The translations under genes were made by a program, and so were the position numbers. From the sequence record NC_104190.1: 64,000 nt of DNA. The stretch is one strand, 5' to 3'. The stretch comes from Escherichia phage IME178. Numbering within the stretch: position 1 is the stretch's first letter; the number at the start of each line of letters is the position of its first letter. This document shows, in pieces, positions 45,913 to 55,045 of this stretch. The notes under the pieces were generated by a model that was not told where the DNA came from, made no database searches, and saw nothing but the letters and a program-made list of their open reading frames with translations.

Positions 45913-46302
45913 ATGGAACAAGTATACTGGCGTCAGATTGACCCTAGTTTGGTGAAGCGTGCGGAGAAGCTGCTACAACGTTGGTTGGGGGTAAGACAAG
46001 CCTCCTTCACTTTTCCTGAGCAGCAAACAGATGATCCCTGTATTGGTGTTTTCCTATCCGGCTACGCCGGGGAATGGGAGATGGACTGGAATGAATTGTC
46101 CGCTATGGGTTTAATTGTTGCCCTAAACTTCTCTATATTCCATCCACGTGGTTTGGCCATATGTCGTGTGCCTGATGACGGTTGTTCGCCCCATCTTTTA
46201 CAGGTGGAAGATGATACTTGGGAGTATACTCCGGATATTCTTAAAGAAGCTAAAGAACAATTAAACCGTGTTGGGATCTATGTTCCGGGATTAAATGACT
46301 AA
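45913..46302 (+). CDS. hypothetical protein, paralog B
   Basis: Tandem duplicate of the preceding ORF by shared motifs. Confidence 0.5.
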   Translation: MEQVYWRQIDPSLVKRAEKLLQRWLGVRQASFTFPEQQTDDPCIGVFLSGYAGEWEMDWNELSAMGLIVALNFSIFHPRGLAICRVPDDGCSPHLLQVEDDTWEYTPDILKEAKEQLNRVGIYVPGLND

Positions 46303-46328
46303 TGATTTTTATTAGCTGAACTATGATT

Positions 46329-46356
46329 ACCGAGTCATTTTGGCTCGGTTTTATCC
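46329..46356 (+). terminator. rho-independent terminator
   Basis: Hairpin CCGAG/CTCGG followed by TTTTAT. Confidence 0.45.
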
Positions 46357-46396
46357 GTACTCAAGACCAATGATAGCACCATCCGGAAAATTTTAC

Positions 46397-46425
46397 TTGC
46401 AGGATGCCCAAAATCTTGATATAAT
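46397..46425 (+). promoter_or_regulatory. T5-type sigma70 promoter
   Basis: TTGCAG -35-like, 17 bp, TATAAT (46420-46425), conserved leader. Confidence 0.5.
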
Positions 46426-46925
46426 ATTTATATTGAATTGAGAGACATTAGTAAAAATTGATTTTGCTAATTTTTCTTGTTTACAATCCGCGATACGGAA
46501 CAGTTAGGCTGCCCCATTAAGGGTTGTTTTAACTGTTACATGTTAGTTTTTAAACAAATAGTTAATAGAATACTTAGCGATCTGCGCCCCATAGGAACCC
46601 TGGTAAGGCCTCGAAGCAACCTAGTATGAGGTGGTTGTGAAGTGAGATGGGAGGAGTGAAAAACTACCGAGACGTGATTCTGTAAGTTATATTGCATCTA
46701 GTATGAGCTAGTATATGAAGCATTAGGTGAGCAAATCTGGCTTAGCGGCCATCCTCAAGGATTTGTGCGATATAGCAAAGCAGCAGCGCAGCGTGAAAGT
46801 GGAAGTTGCCACCCCACTTCAGTATTTGCGATTAATTTGTTGAGAAATTGACAGTAACAGTTGTTCTATTCTTTCTGAATAGTCCTAAAGAAAATTTATT
46901 TCATTTCCAACACAGGAGTATTGTT

Positions 46926-49715
46926 GTGTTCTCAATCCTACAAGGTCATGCAGGATTTCATCGCGATTTAGCCACAGGCAATTGGCGAGAAGTTAAAGCA
47001 GAAGATTATCTTTTTGCTAAAAGATTTTCCTCAAAGCATCCTGAAGGTAAACCAGCTTCAATGCCCTTCAAGTTTGATGTAATTGATGAAGTTGATCCTC
47101 AAACCCTAGTAGAAATGCTTCCTCTTATGAGACGTTTAACGTCTGACCCTCATATCGTTGCGGTACGAGGTAGATGTCTTGCACCTAAAAATAATGTGCG
47201 ACGTAAGAAGGGCAACTTTAATGTATCTAACCCAAGTCATATAATTGCAATGGACGTGGATGGTATTGTGGATACAGGTGGTTGTAACAAGTTTGATCTT
47301 GTTGGCATGGCTCGACATATTATTAGAATGTTAAATAGTATTAGTGAGGATATGTTTCCTCTTGATGCAGGGTTTATCGCTCATGCATCGTCTTCGGCTG
47401 GGCTAAAACCAGGTATCCGAATGCACTTAATACTAGAATCTAATGTTAAAGTAACTCAGGGTCAAATCAAATTCTTATTTACATCTATCAATGAAAGTAG
47501 TAGACAAAAGTATGGCTTTGATATTGCCGACTTAGCTTATTACTCTTCCGTACAGCTCCATTATTTTGCAGATCCGTTATTTACCGATGGTATAGTAGAT
47601 CCGTTTAAAGCGGAGGGTGCTTCACGTCTGGTATTTGTTAAAGGTTCTAAAGTAAATTTACCAAATAATCTGGTTGACTATGAAACAACTAGAGGTGAGT
47701 TTAAGGAGGAGTTTTACTCTTTACTCGATCAAATTAAAGGTAAAAAAGCTGCCTCTGATAAAGTAGAGGAAACTATCAGCGAACTAGAAGAAGCTGAGGA
47801 TGGGGTGTACTTGCGTATTATCCCCAAACTATACCATAGAGCATTAGAGGATGGTGTTGATTTTGCATGGCTAGAAAAAGAAATCCGTCCAGCCTTATCA
47901 GAATATATCGCAACTAAAGATAACAGTCGTAATATTCAAGATTACTTTAATAACGGTCGTAAACAGGCTCTGAAAGCATTTGTTAATAATTCTAAACGCG
48001 ATATACCTGATGTTTTAAAAGGTATTCCACTTAAAAAGCTAGAAACTAACTCCCTAGAAACTGATAACTTCTTGAAATTAAATACTGTGCCACCAGAAGG
48101 TTATATGACTTTTGTAAAAGCAAGTCTAGGTACAGGTAAAACCACGGCGGTTGTGCGTTGGTTAGATTCAGGAGTTATTAAAGGTAATTTCTTAGCAATT
48201 ACCAATACTAGAGCGCTGGTGTCTTCAAATGCTAAGAAATTCAGTGCAGGACAATATGATAAGTCTGTAGATATGCTTAATTTTAAGCGTGGTGCTATTG
48301 ACCGTATGTCCACAACTATTCACTCTTTGCATAAGTTCAAGAGTTTTATTGGTCAAATTGATGCAATCTTTATCGATGAATGTGATGCTGTAATGAATGA
48401 CCTGTTATTCGCCCCGGTTGTTAAACAACGTCGTGAGTGTATTCAGGTTCTTCGGGATATTCTTGCAACTGCAAAAATCATTATATTATCAGATGGTGAT
48501 ATTAGTGCAGAAACAATTGAAGCATATGGTTCCTTGATTGAGTTTGATAAACCGGTTGCATTTTATAATCACCACCGTAAGATGTTGTCAAAAGCTCATG
48601 CTTATGAGTTCCCTGATGAATCCAGTATTTGGGTTGCACTTCAGACTTCTCTAGAGATGGGTGAGAAATCTATTCTGGTATCTGACTGTGGCCCTGATGA
48701 GCTGAATGAGAAGGGCATGGCATTACGTCGTAATACGGGTGCGTTAGTTAAGGAAATCCACTCAAACTCTACGTCTGATGTAGATATTCGACGTATTCTG
48801 GATTACACAACTAATGAGCTAATTGACCAACAAATTGATTGCTTATTATGTAGTCCATCCGTAACTAGTGGTGTTGACTTCAACTATTTTGATAACGTAT
48901 TCGTTATTACTAGAACCAGCAACCAAGCGCCAAACATGCGTTTCCAAGCAATCAGGCGCGACCGTGGTGCTCAGAACATCTATTATTTTATTGATAAATC
49001 TACGAGTGGATTCTCCGCAGGTTCTGAACAATATAACATTGATGAAGGTTGGCTGGAGTTAGCACAGCAATTATACGCACGTCGCAGGGAGCTGGAATCT
49101 AGGAACTATACTAGTACTTTACGTTATTACTTGCTTGATCAGGGTGCAACTATTGATATTTTCAGTGAAAGCTGGGGAACTATCGAAGGTGCAGGCAAAG
49201 AGTATACAGAAGAGCGAATCAAAGCCATTTTGTATTCAACTCCTGATTATTGCGCTCCACGTCATGCGGATGCGTATGAAGCTAAACTACTTCTTGTTCG
49301 CTACTATCATCTTGAGTCTATTAAAGATGTAACAGTTGAGCATGTTGAACAATATATCAAGGATAAACCGAATGATCGAGCTGCATTCTTCCATAAAATG
49401 CACGAGATGTTCTGGGAAGATATTAAGAAGTGTTCAAACGTCACTATCAAACCATTCATAGAAGCTCTGAAAGGTAAGAAGAAAGATTTCTTCCTTAAAA
49501 CAGGTCAGAGTGCTAACCCAAAATATGCGAGAATGTATCTTGGTATGATGGGTATTGGTAAGGATATGAACACTGAAAATATTGTAGACTGGTACAGAAC
49601 CTATTGTAAAATCGAGTGTATGCCAATCCCATATAAGTTTATGACTGATGAGGAGAAACATATGCATGATGAAGCAATGGCAGAGCTAGGTGCTAGAAAT
49701 GACAGTGAAGAATAA
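46926..49715 (+). CDS. primase-polymerase (AEP-like) / P-loop helicase fusion, origin-binding-type replication protein
   Basis: N-terminal IIAMDVDG and GIRMHLIL (AEP-like); Walker A GTGKTT and Walker B IFIDECD; start set to GTG 46926 after AGGAG RBS. Confidence 0.6.
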   Translation: MFSILQGHAGFHRDLATGNWREVKAEDYLFAKRFSSKHPEGKPASMPFKFDVIDEVDPQTLVEMLPLMRRLTSDPHIVAVRGRCLAPKNNVRRKKGNFNVSNPSHIIAMDVDGIVDTGGCNKFDLVGMARHIIRMLNSISEDMFPLDAGFIAHASSSAGLKPGIRMHLILESNVKVTQGQIKFLFTSINESSRQKYGFDIADLAYYSSVQLHYFADPLFTDGIVDPFKAEGASRLVFVKGSKVNLPNNLVDYETTRGEFKEEFYSLLDQIKGKKAASDKVEETISELEEAEDGVYLRIIPKLYHRALEDGVDFAWLEKEIRPALSEYIATKDNSRNIQDYFNNGRKQALKAFVNNSKRDIPDVLKGIPLKKLETNSLETDNFLKLNTVPPEGYMTFVKASLGTGKTTAVVRWLDSGVIKGNFLAITNTRALVSSNAKKFSAGQYDKSVDMLNFKRGAIDRMSTTIHSLHKFKSFIGQIDAIFIDECDAVMNDLLFAPVVKQRRECIQVLRDILATAKIIILSDGDISAETIEAYGSLIEFDKPVAFYNHHRKMLSKAHAYEFPDESSIWVALQTSLEMGEKSILVSDCGPDELNEKGMALRRNTGALVKEIHSNSTSDVDIRRILDYTTNELIDQQIDCLLCSPSVTSGVDFNYFDNVFVITRTSNQAPNMRFQAIRRDRGAQNIYYFIDKSTSGFSAGSEQYNIDEGWLELAQQLYARRRELESRNYTSTLRYYLLDQGATIDIFSESWGTIEGAGKEYTEERIKAILYSTPDYCAPRHADAYEAKLLLVRYYHLESIKDVTVEHVEQYIKDKPNDRAAFFHKMHEMFWEDIKKCSNVTIKPFIEALKGKKKDFFLKTGQSANPKYARMYLGMMGIGKDMNTENIVDWYRTYCKIECMPIPYKFMTDEEKHMHDEAMAELGARNDSEE

Positions 49716-49932
49716 AAAATGGGAAACAAGGAAGTTTCCAGTAAAAGAACGTAAAGTTCCTGTTTACGACACTTCGGAAAAGCTATGTAGGGTGGTACCG
49801 CATAGACTAGCTGGCATCCCTAACATATCCGAGTGGTTACTTAAACAACGGAAAACTAACGTGTCTCTTCGCGTAGGCTTTGAGTTAGATAAAGTCTATG
49901 CTGAACTTGCTTCTTTGCTCAAGGAATCGTAA
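49690..49932 (+). CDS. hypothetical basic protein (80 aa)
   Basis: ORF overlapping the end of the upstream gene; true start may be ATG 49699. Confidence 0.4.
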   Translation: MLEMTVKNKKWETRKFPVKERKVPVYDTSEKLCRVVPHRLAGIPNISEWLLKQRKTNVSLRVGFELDKVYAELASLLKES

Positions 49933-49949
49933 AAATTTATTTGCATAGT

Positions 49950-49985
49950 GCAAAAAATTTCTGTATAATAGATTCATAAATTTGA
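49950..49985 (+). promoter_or_regulatory. T5-type promoter/leader
   Basis: TATAAT (49974-49979) followed by conserved AAATTTGAGAGAGGAG leader. Confidence 0.45.
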
Positions 49986-50000
49986 GAGAGGAGTTTAAAT

Positions 50001-50705
50001 ATGGCTGGTTCTCGTAGAAAGAAACATATCCATGAAATCCCGGATGAAGTCTTTAAAAAGGTTATAGAGCATCTGGAGAACGGTGGTACTAAGAAAGCAG
50101 CATGTGAAATGCTCGGCGTATCGTCCAATCCAACTATGGAAAGGATGATTGAAGAATGGCAAGACCGCCAGATTCAGGTTGCCGAAATGAAGAAAAAGAA
50201 ACGTGGCACTCTCATTGAAGGCATTGAGTTAGCCAACGTTATTGAGCAGTATTTATCTGGTGATTCTTTTGAAGAAATTGCCGATCGTAATTATCGCTCT
50301 GTAGCAATGGTTAAATCTGTTCTGGAACGATATGGTGCTCTACTTCGTTTGAACGATATTGTAGATCCATTGAATCCTCCAATTATTCCTGATGATGCTG
50401 TAGCAGAAGAATTTGCAGTTGGTGAGCTTGTTTGGGTTCCTGGATACCAGTGTATCGGTGAAATCAAAAAAGCAATGGATAATCCTGTTGGTTGTTACCG
50501 TGTATGGCTTCTATCAGAAGGCAAACAACAGAACGTTCATTATATGAATTACGAGTTGGCCTCTGTTAAACATCTGGAAAAGTTAGGGGTTGACGTAAAA
50601 TCTCTAGGATATAAATGGACTAGTGAAGAAATTATTACGTTGATTAACGAAGCTGTTAAGGCTGCCCTGAAACTTGATAAAGAAAAAGGAAAACGCCGTG
50701 AGTAA
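50001..50705 (+). CDS. putative HTH DNA-binding protein (234 aa)
   Basis: N-terminal helix-turn-helix-like segment (GGTKKAACEMLGVS). Confidence 0.5.
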   Translation: MAGSRRKKHIHEIPDEVFKKVIEHLENGGTKKAACEMLGVSSNPTMERMIEEWQDRQIQVAEMKKKKRGTLIEGIELANVIEQYLSGDSFEEIADRNYRSVAMVKSVLERYGALLRLNDIVDPLNPPIIPDDAVAEEFAVGELVWVPGYQCIGEIKKAMDNPVGCYRVWLLSEGKQQNVHYMNYELASVKHLEKLGVDVKSLGYKWTSEEIITLINEAVKAALKLDKEKGKRRE

Positions 50706-50961
50706 GCTAACAGATTTGCTTAAAGATGGAGATGTAAAATATCTCCAGCGGGATAGCTGGGGTAATTGGGATGCTCGTACTTATTACTCTACTATTATAA
50801 AAGTAGATGTTGATAATAATGATATTATCGAGTTTACCTGGTGGCCCAATGAAGATGGGTATACCAAGTTCGATATAAAAGACGCAACATGGAAGACCAC
50901 CTCCCTAACCCTAGAAGAAGCTCTGGCGGATGATTGGGAGATCGTTGAGCTAGATGTATAG
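50698..50961 (+). CDS. hypothetical protein
   Basis: Start moved to GTG 50698 with AAGGAAAA RBS. Confidence 0.4.
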   Translation: MSKLTDLLKDGDVKYLQRDSWGNWDARTYYSTIIKVDVDNNDIIEFTWWPNEDGYTKFDIKDATWKTTSLTLEEALADDWEIVELDV

Positions 50962-51067
50962 CAGTTATCGAAAAATTTCAGTTGCTTAATCCTATAATTC
51001 TTGATATAATATTCTCATAGTTTGAAAGAACTATTCTGTTTAATTCTTAATTAAGGAAATATAAAAT

Positions 51068-51478
51068 ATGACTACTCCAACTCAGTGGACTGATGAACTG
51101 TTCGAAAAAATGTCTTCCGAATACGTTGCTCGTATGGAACAATTCCCAGAGGATGAACGTCCTGGTGTTAGCATGGAAATTGTTAGCGAAATTGCCCAGG
51201 AAAATGGTGTAACTCCGAACGGTTTTCGTATGAAGCTAACTAAAGCAGGTTTGTATATCAAGAAAGCTGCTGGCTCTGCTTCTAAATCTAGTGCATCTAC
51301 TGGAGAAAAAGCTTCTGGTGGTTCTCGCACTTCTAAAGCTCAAGCTCATGCCGACCTTCGTTCAGCATTCTCTGATGCTGGCCTAGCACCAGATTTTCTG
51401 GATGATGCAATTATCGACAAACTGACCGGTAAAGCGGCTGCTCATCTGGCAGAAGCAATCCGAGCTATCACTAAGTAA
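51068..51478 (+). CDS. hypothetical Ala/Ser-rich protein (136 aa)
   Basis: ORF with promoter/leader motif at about 51000. Confidence 0.5.
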   Translation: MTTPTQWTDELFEKMSSEYVARMEQFPEDERPGVSMEIVSEIAQENGVTPNGFRMKLTKAGLYIKKAAGSASKSSASTGEKASGGSRTSKAQAHADLRSAFSDAGLAPDFLDDAIIDKLTGKAAAHLAEAIRAITK

Positions 51479-51514
51479 TTTTTAGATAAATCCACCAACA
51501 AAAGGAACACAGTT

Positions 51515-51811
51515 ATGACCAAAGCTGAAATTATCGCACAATGTGAAAAATTTGGTGAGTTTTATCTTCATTACGAGAAACTTCGTCAGAAAGGAACCAC
51601 ATACCTTCAGGGTACGATGGAATTTGATCCAGCCCAAGATAAATATCTAGCTGAGCGTATTAAACGTGAACGTATTCGTAAAGCGAAAGATGATGAGATC
51701 CTTGTCTTCTCTCGTACTAATGATAGTTTCCGTTTTATTCCTGTCGAGAAAGTCCGTCGTGTGACTAGCCTCCAATCAGAGTTAGATCGTGCTTCTCCAG
51801 TAGGCCGATAA
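51515..51811 (+). CDS. hypothetical protein (98 aa)
   Basis: ORF with AAAGGAA RBS. Confidence 0.5.
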   Translation: MTKAEIIAQCEKFGEFYLHYEKLRQKGTTYLQGTMEFDPAQDKYLAERIKRERIRKAKDDEILVFSRTNDSFRFIPVEKVRRVTSLQSELDRASPVGR

Positions 51812-51819
51812 GAAACCAA

Positions 51820-51846
51820 TTAGCCCCTATATGGGGCTTTTTGTGT
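51820..51846 (+). terminator. rho-independent terminator
   Basis: Hairpin AGCCCC-TATAT-GGGGCT followed by a T-run. Confidence 0.6.
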
Positions 51847-51861
51847 ATTTGGAATATGTAA

Positions 51862-52170
51862 ATGAGCGAACAGGTAAATCAAAACTATGAAGGACACGTT
51901 GATGACCAGTCCATCATACTTTGGGAGAAGGAGGGAGAACAAGTAAGATTAACAGTATCTGAATTTCGTGGGAATCTATACATGGGTATTCGTTACTGGC
52001 TTCTTGATATTAATGATGAATGGTTTCCAACGAAATCTGGCTTCTCTTTTCCTTACACCCTAGAAACAACATCACAGCTTTTCTATGCGTTTACACAGAT
52101 TCTTAGCGAATCTGAGGTTTTACATGAAGTACAGAAACGAGCTGAAGAACTCAAAGCCAAGAATGCCTAG
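51862..52170 (+). CDS. hypothetical protein (102 aa)
   Basis: ORF between two terminators. Confidence 0.5.
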   Translation: MSEQVNQNYEGHVDDQSIILWEKEGEQVRLTVSEFRGNLYMGIRYWLLDINDEWFPTKSGFSFPYTLETTSQLFYAFTQILSESEVLHEVQKRAEELKAKNA

Positions 52171-52186
52171 TTCTTGGCTTTTTCTT
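52156..52186 (+). terminator. rho-independent terminator
   Basis: Hairpin AGCCAAGAA/TTCTTGGCT followed by TTTTTCTTT. Confidence 0.6.
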
Positions 52187-52197
52187 TATAAATGTAT

Positions 52198-52226
52198 TTG
52201 CTTTCAACTCAGTTTTATTATATAAT
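52198..52226 (+). promoter_or_regulatory. T5-type sigma70 promoter
   Basis: TTGCTT (52198-52203), 17 bp, TATAAT (52221-52226), conserved leader. Confidence 0.55.
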
Positions 52227-52257
52227 ATTTATATAAATTGATGAGAGATATAAATAA

Positions 52258-52857
52258 ATGACTAATGTAAAAGACTTTATTAAACGCTGTCAAGAAGCAT
52301 ATTATCAAGGTATGTCTTTAATCTCTGACGAAGAATATGATCGTCTGATTAAAAGATTTCCATTAGAAGAAGAGATCGGGCCTAAGGGTGATATTCCACA
52401 TCTGTATCGTATGTATTCTTTACAGAAAGTTTATTATAATCGTGGAGATAAACCTCCGTTCAACCCGTTAGGTCAGGTAGAAACTGATAAGTTAGATGGT
52501 TGTGCGATTTCTCTGTTATATATTAATGGAGAATTTGTTCAAGCACTAACTCGTGGTAATGGTATTCTAGGGAATGATGTCACAAGCAACGTAAGATTGC
52601 TGAATATCCCTAAAAAGATTTCCCAAAAAGTACCTACTCAAATCACTGGTGAAGTTCTAATTACAAAAGAAGTAGAAAATAAACGTAACTTTGCCTCTGG
52701 TGCTATTAACCTCAAAGATAGCGATGATTTCGTACAACGTATTGGGGAAGGTGGTTTAATCTTCGTTGCATATGGTATCCAGTGTTCTGCTGAATCTGTA
52801 GGTATTACAGAAGCGTACTTAAAAGATATGCTCTGGCTGGAGAATGAGACTTCTTAA
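52258..52857 (+). CDS. lig: NAD-dependent DNA ligase, adenylation-domain piece
   Basis: KxDG adenylation motif ([10 protein letters not shown]) and LigA-like N-terminal Ia/NTase sequence. Confidence 0.8.
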   Translation: MTNVKDFIKRCQEAYYQGMSLISDEEYDRLIKRFPLEEEIGPKGDIPHLYRMYSLQKVYYNRGDKPPFNPLGQVETDKLDGCAISLLYINGEFVQALTRGNGILGNDVTSNVRLLNIPKKISQKVPTQITGEVLITKEVENKRNFASGAINLKDSDDFVQRIGEGGLIFVAYGIQCSAESVGITEAYLKDMLWLENETS

Positions 52858-52868
52858 CAGTTGTTAAT

Positions 52869-53228
52869 GTGCGTTCCTTCTTTAAGTGGATTCCGACGGA
52901 TGGTAAAGTTGTTCGTATTAATGACAACAACAAATTCTTCCGTGAAGGCTGGACTAATAAATTTCCTCGTGGAGCATTCGCTATTAAAGAAGATGAAGAA
53001 GGCGAGATTACAACTCTTACTAAAGTTGAATGGCAGGTAGGGGCTTCTGGTAAAGTAACTCCAGTTGGTTATTTCGAATCGGTAATTATTGATGATGCTA
53101 CAATTGTTAAGGCGACTCTTAATAACGTTGATTATATTAACTCTCTTGATCTAGAGATCGGTTGCCAGATTCGAGTAATTCGTGCTGGTGGTGTAATCCC
53201 GTGCATAGTAGAGCGAGTATACGATTAA
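52869..53228 (+). CDS. lig: NAD-dependent DNA ligase, NTase motif IV-V plus OB-fold piece
   Basis: Aligns by eye to E. coli LigA DIDGVVIK...PRWAVAFKF...VEFQVGRTG...RAGDVIP; GTG start without RBS. Confidence 0.7.
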   Translation: MRSFFKWIPTDGKVVRINDNNKFFREGWTNKFPRGAFAIKEDEEGEITTLTKVEWQVGASGKVTPVGYFESVIIDDATIVKATLNNVDYINSLDLEIGCQIRVIRAGGVIPCIVERVYD

Positions 53229-53280
53229 TATATGTAACCCTTTGCTACCCATCTACCATATAGGAATTATAAAGTGGTTA

Positions 53281-53309
53281 TTGACATTTTCGCCGCTTAG
53301 GTATATACT
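53281..53309 (+). promoter_or_regulatory. consensus sigma70 promoter inside the ligase locus
   Basis: TTGACA (53281-53286), 17 bp, TATACT (53304-53309). Confidence 0.5.
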
Positions 53310-53373
53310 ATTATCATTCAGTTGAGGGATAGAAAGTTATGGCGAGGGTAAGCAAAGTTAGTTAAAATTGTAG

Positions 53374-53402
53374 TTGCTAAATGCTTAAATACTTGCTATA
53401 AT
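53374..53402 (+). promoter_or_regulatory. T5-type sigma70 promoter
   Basis: TTGCTA (53374-53379), 17 bp, TATAAT (53397-53402), conserved leader with AAGGAAG RBS. Confidence 0.55.
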
Positions 53403-53429
53403 ATTTATATAAATTGATAAGGAAGAAAT

Positions 53430-54203
53430 TTGATGAAAATCGAAATTCCAACACAATGTCCCTCTTGTGGTTCTAAGCTAGATCTTGTCAATGGACAATT
53501 ATTCTGTCGTAATAAGTCCAACTGTCCAGCGCAATCAAGTAAGTTAATTGAGAACTTCTGTACAAAAATGAAGTTAAAGGGCTTTGGTCCAAAAACTATT
53601 GAGAAGCTGGAGCTGACGAAGATTTCAGAACTATTTTACCTAACCGAACAAGATTTGGTTAGAGCCGTGGGTAGCAAGGTTGCCGCTAAGTTAATTAGCG
53701 AATTAAATACTAAAGTTCGCGGAGACATTGACTTTGGTTCAGTTCTCGGTTCTTTAGGAATCCCTCTAATAGGAGAGGTTGCAGCAAAGAAATTATCCCA
53801 AAATTGCAACAGCTTCCATGATGTGAAGGCTGACGGCAAGGCTGGAGAAAACTATAAAGCCTGGCTAAATTCCCCACAAGGCAAGGATGTTATCGAACTA
53901 CCGTGGAAATTCTCAACTGGTGCTAAAGCTAAAACCGTCGTTACTGATGATTTAGTTGCCCAGCCAAATGGAATCGCGGTATGTATTACCGGGTCTTTGC
54001 AAGACTTTGCAAATAGAACGGATGCAACAAACTATTTAGAAGGTCTAGGATATACGGTTAAGAAATCCGTTACCAAAGACGTCAAATACCTGATCTGTGA
54101 GGATGAATCAAAACGTTCTTCCTCATCTTATAAGAAAGCCGAAACGAATGGGATAGAAATCCTGTCGATTAAAGAACTATTGGAGAAAAATAATAATGTC
54201 TAA
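53430..54203 (+). CDS. lig: NAD-dependent DNA ligase, Zn-finger/HhH/BRCT piece
   Basis: CPSCGS...CRNKSNCPAQ zinc finger, helix-hairpin-helix region, C-terminal BRCT-like domain. Confidence 0.8.
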   Translation: MMKIEIPTQCPSCGSKLDLVNGQLFCRNKSNCPAQSSKLIENFCTKMKLKGFGPKTIEKLELTKISELFYLTEQDLVRAVGSKVAAKLISELNTKVRGDIDFGSVLGSLGIPLIGEVAAKKLSQNCNSFHDVKADGKAGENYKAWLNSPQGKDVIELPWKFSTGAKAKTVVTDDLVAQPNGIAVCITGSLQDFANRTDATNYLEGLGYTVKKSVTKDVKYLICEDESKRSSSSYKKAETNGIEILSIKELLEKNNNV

Positions 54204-54963
54204 ACTGAACTGGAACGTAGAAGGTGTAACCGAGTCTCTGAAAGCAAAAGCCACTGCTCTGGGTGTTTCTGTAATCTCTCAAGAACAAGTAGCTGCTATC
54301 GCTGCTGAACTGGCTGCTGAAACTGGCAAAGATGTTACTGCTCGCTCTGTTGGCTCTAAACTGCGTAAAGAAGGTTTTGAAGTACAGAAAGCTAACGAAG
54401 TACAGAAATCCCCGTGGACTCCTGAGCAGGAAGCTGAACTGGTTGATTTCCTGAACGCTCATGCTGGTCAGTATACCTATGCTGAAATCGCTGCTGCTGT
54501 AGCTGGTGGTCAGTTCGGTGCTAAGCAGGTACAGGGTAAGATTCTGAGCCTGGAAATGACCGCTTCTGTTAAGCCAACCGAAAAAGCTGCTGCTGTTCGT
54601 TCCTTCACTCCGGATGAAGAAACTGATTTTGTTAATCAGGTTGTTGCTGGTGCTACTATTGAAGCTATCGCTGCTCACTTCGGTCGTAATATCAAGCAGA
54701 TCCGTGGTAAAGCTCTGAGCCTGCTTCGTGAAGGTCGTATCGCTGCTATGCCGGTACAGGAAACTTCAAGTGCTAAAACTCGTGAAGATTTGTTAGAAGG
54801 TCTGGATCTGGTTAACATGACTGTTGCTGAGATCGCTGAGAAAACTGGTAAGTCTGAGCGCGGTGTTAAATCTATGCTGTCTCGTCGTGGTCTGGTTGCT
54901 AAGGACTATGATGGTGCCGCTAAGCGTGCTAAACTGGATGCAAAAGCTGCGGCTGCTGAATAA
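54196..54963 (+). CDS. abundant DNA-binding protein with internal repeats (D5-like)
   Basis: Three HTH-like repeats; codon usage of highly expressed genes (GCT/CTG/GGT-rich); 255 aa. Confidence 0.55.
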   Translation: MSKLNWNVEGVTESLKAKATALGVSVISQEQVAAIAAELAAETGKDVTARSVGSKLRKEGFEVQKANEVQKSPWTPEQEAELVDFLNAHAGQYTYAEIAAAVAGGQFGAKQVQGKILSLEMTASVKPTEKAAAVRSFTPDEETDFVNQVVAGATIEAIAAHFGRNIKQIRGKALSLLREGRIAAMPVQETSSAKTREDLLEGLDLVNMTVAEIAEKTGKSERGVKSMLSRRGLVAKDYDGAAKRAKLDAKAAAAE

Positions 54964-54979
54964 TCTGGTAAATTAAACC

Positions 54980-55012
54980 TAAGGGGAGGGGGCTATGCTC
55001 CTTCCCCTTTTT
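54980..55012 (+). terminator. rho-independent terminator
   Basis: GC-rich hairpin AAGGGGAGG/CCTTCCCCTT followed by a T-run. Confidence 0.6.
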
Positions 55013-55045
55013 GCATTTAGAAGGCACGAAAGCGTGCAAAGGAGA

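Noticed and set aside
54995-55045. ATG 54995 as the start of the DnaB-like helicase
   Set aside because: The codon lies inside the stem of the upstream terminator hairpin; a downstream in-frame start is more plausible.
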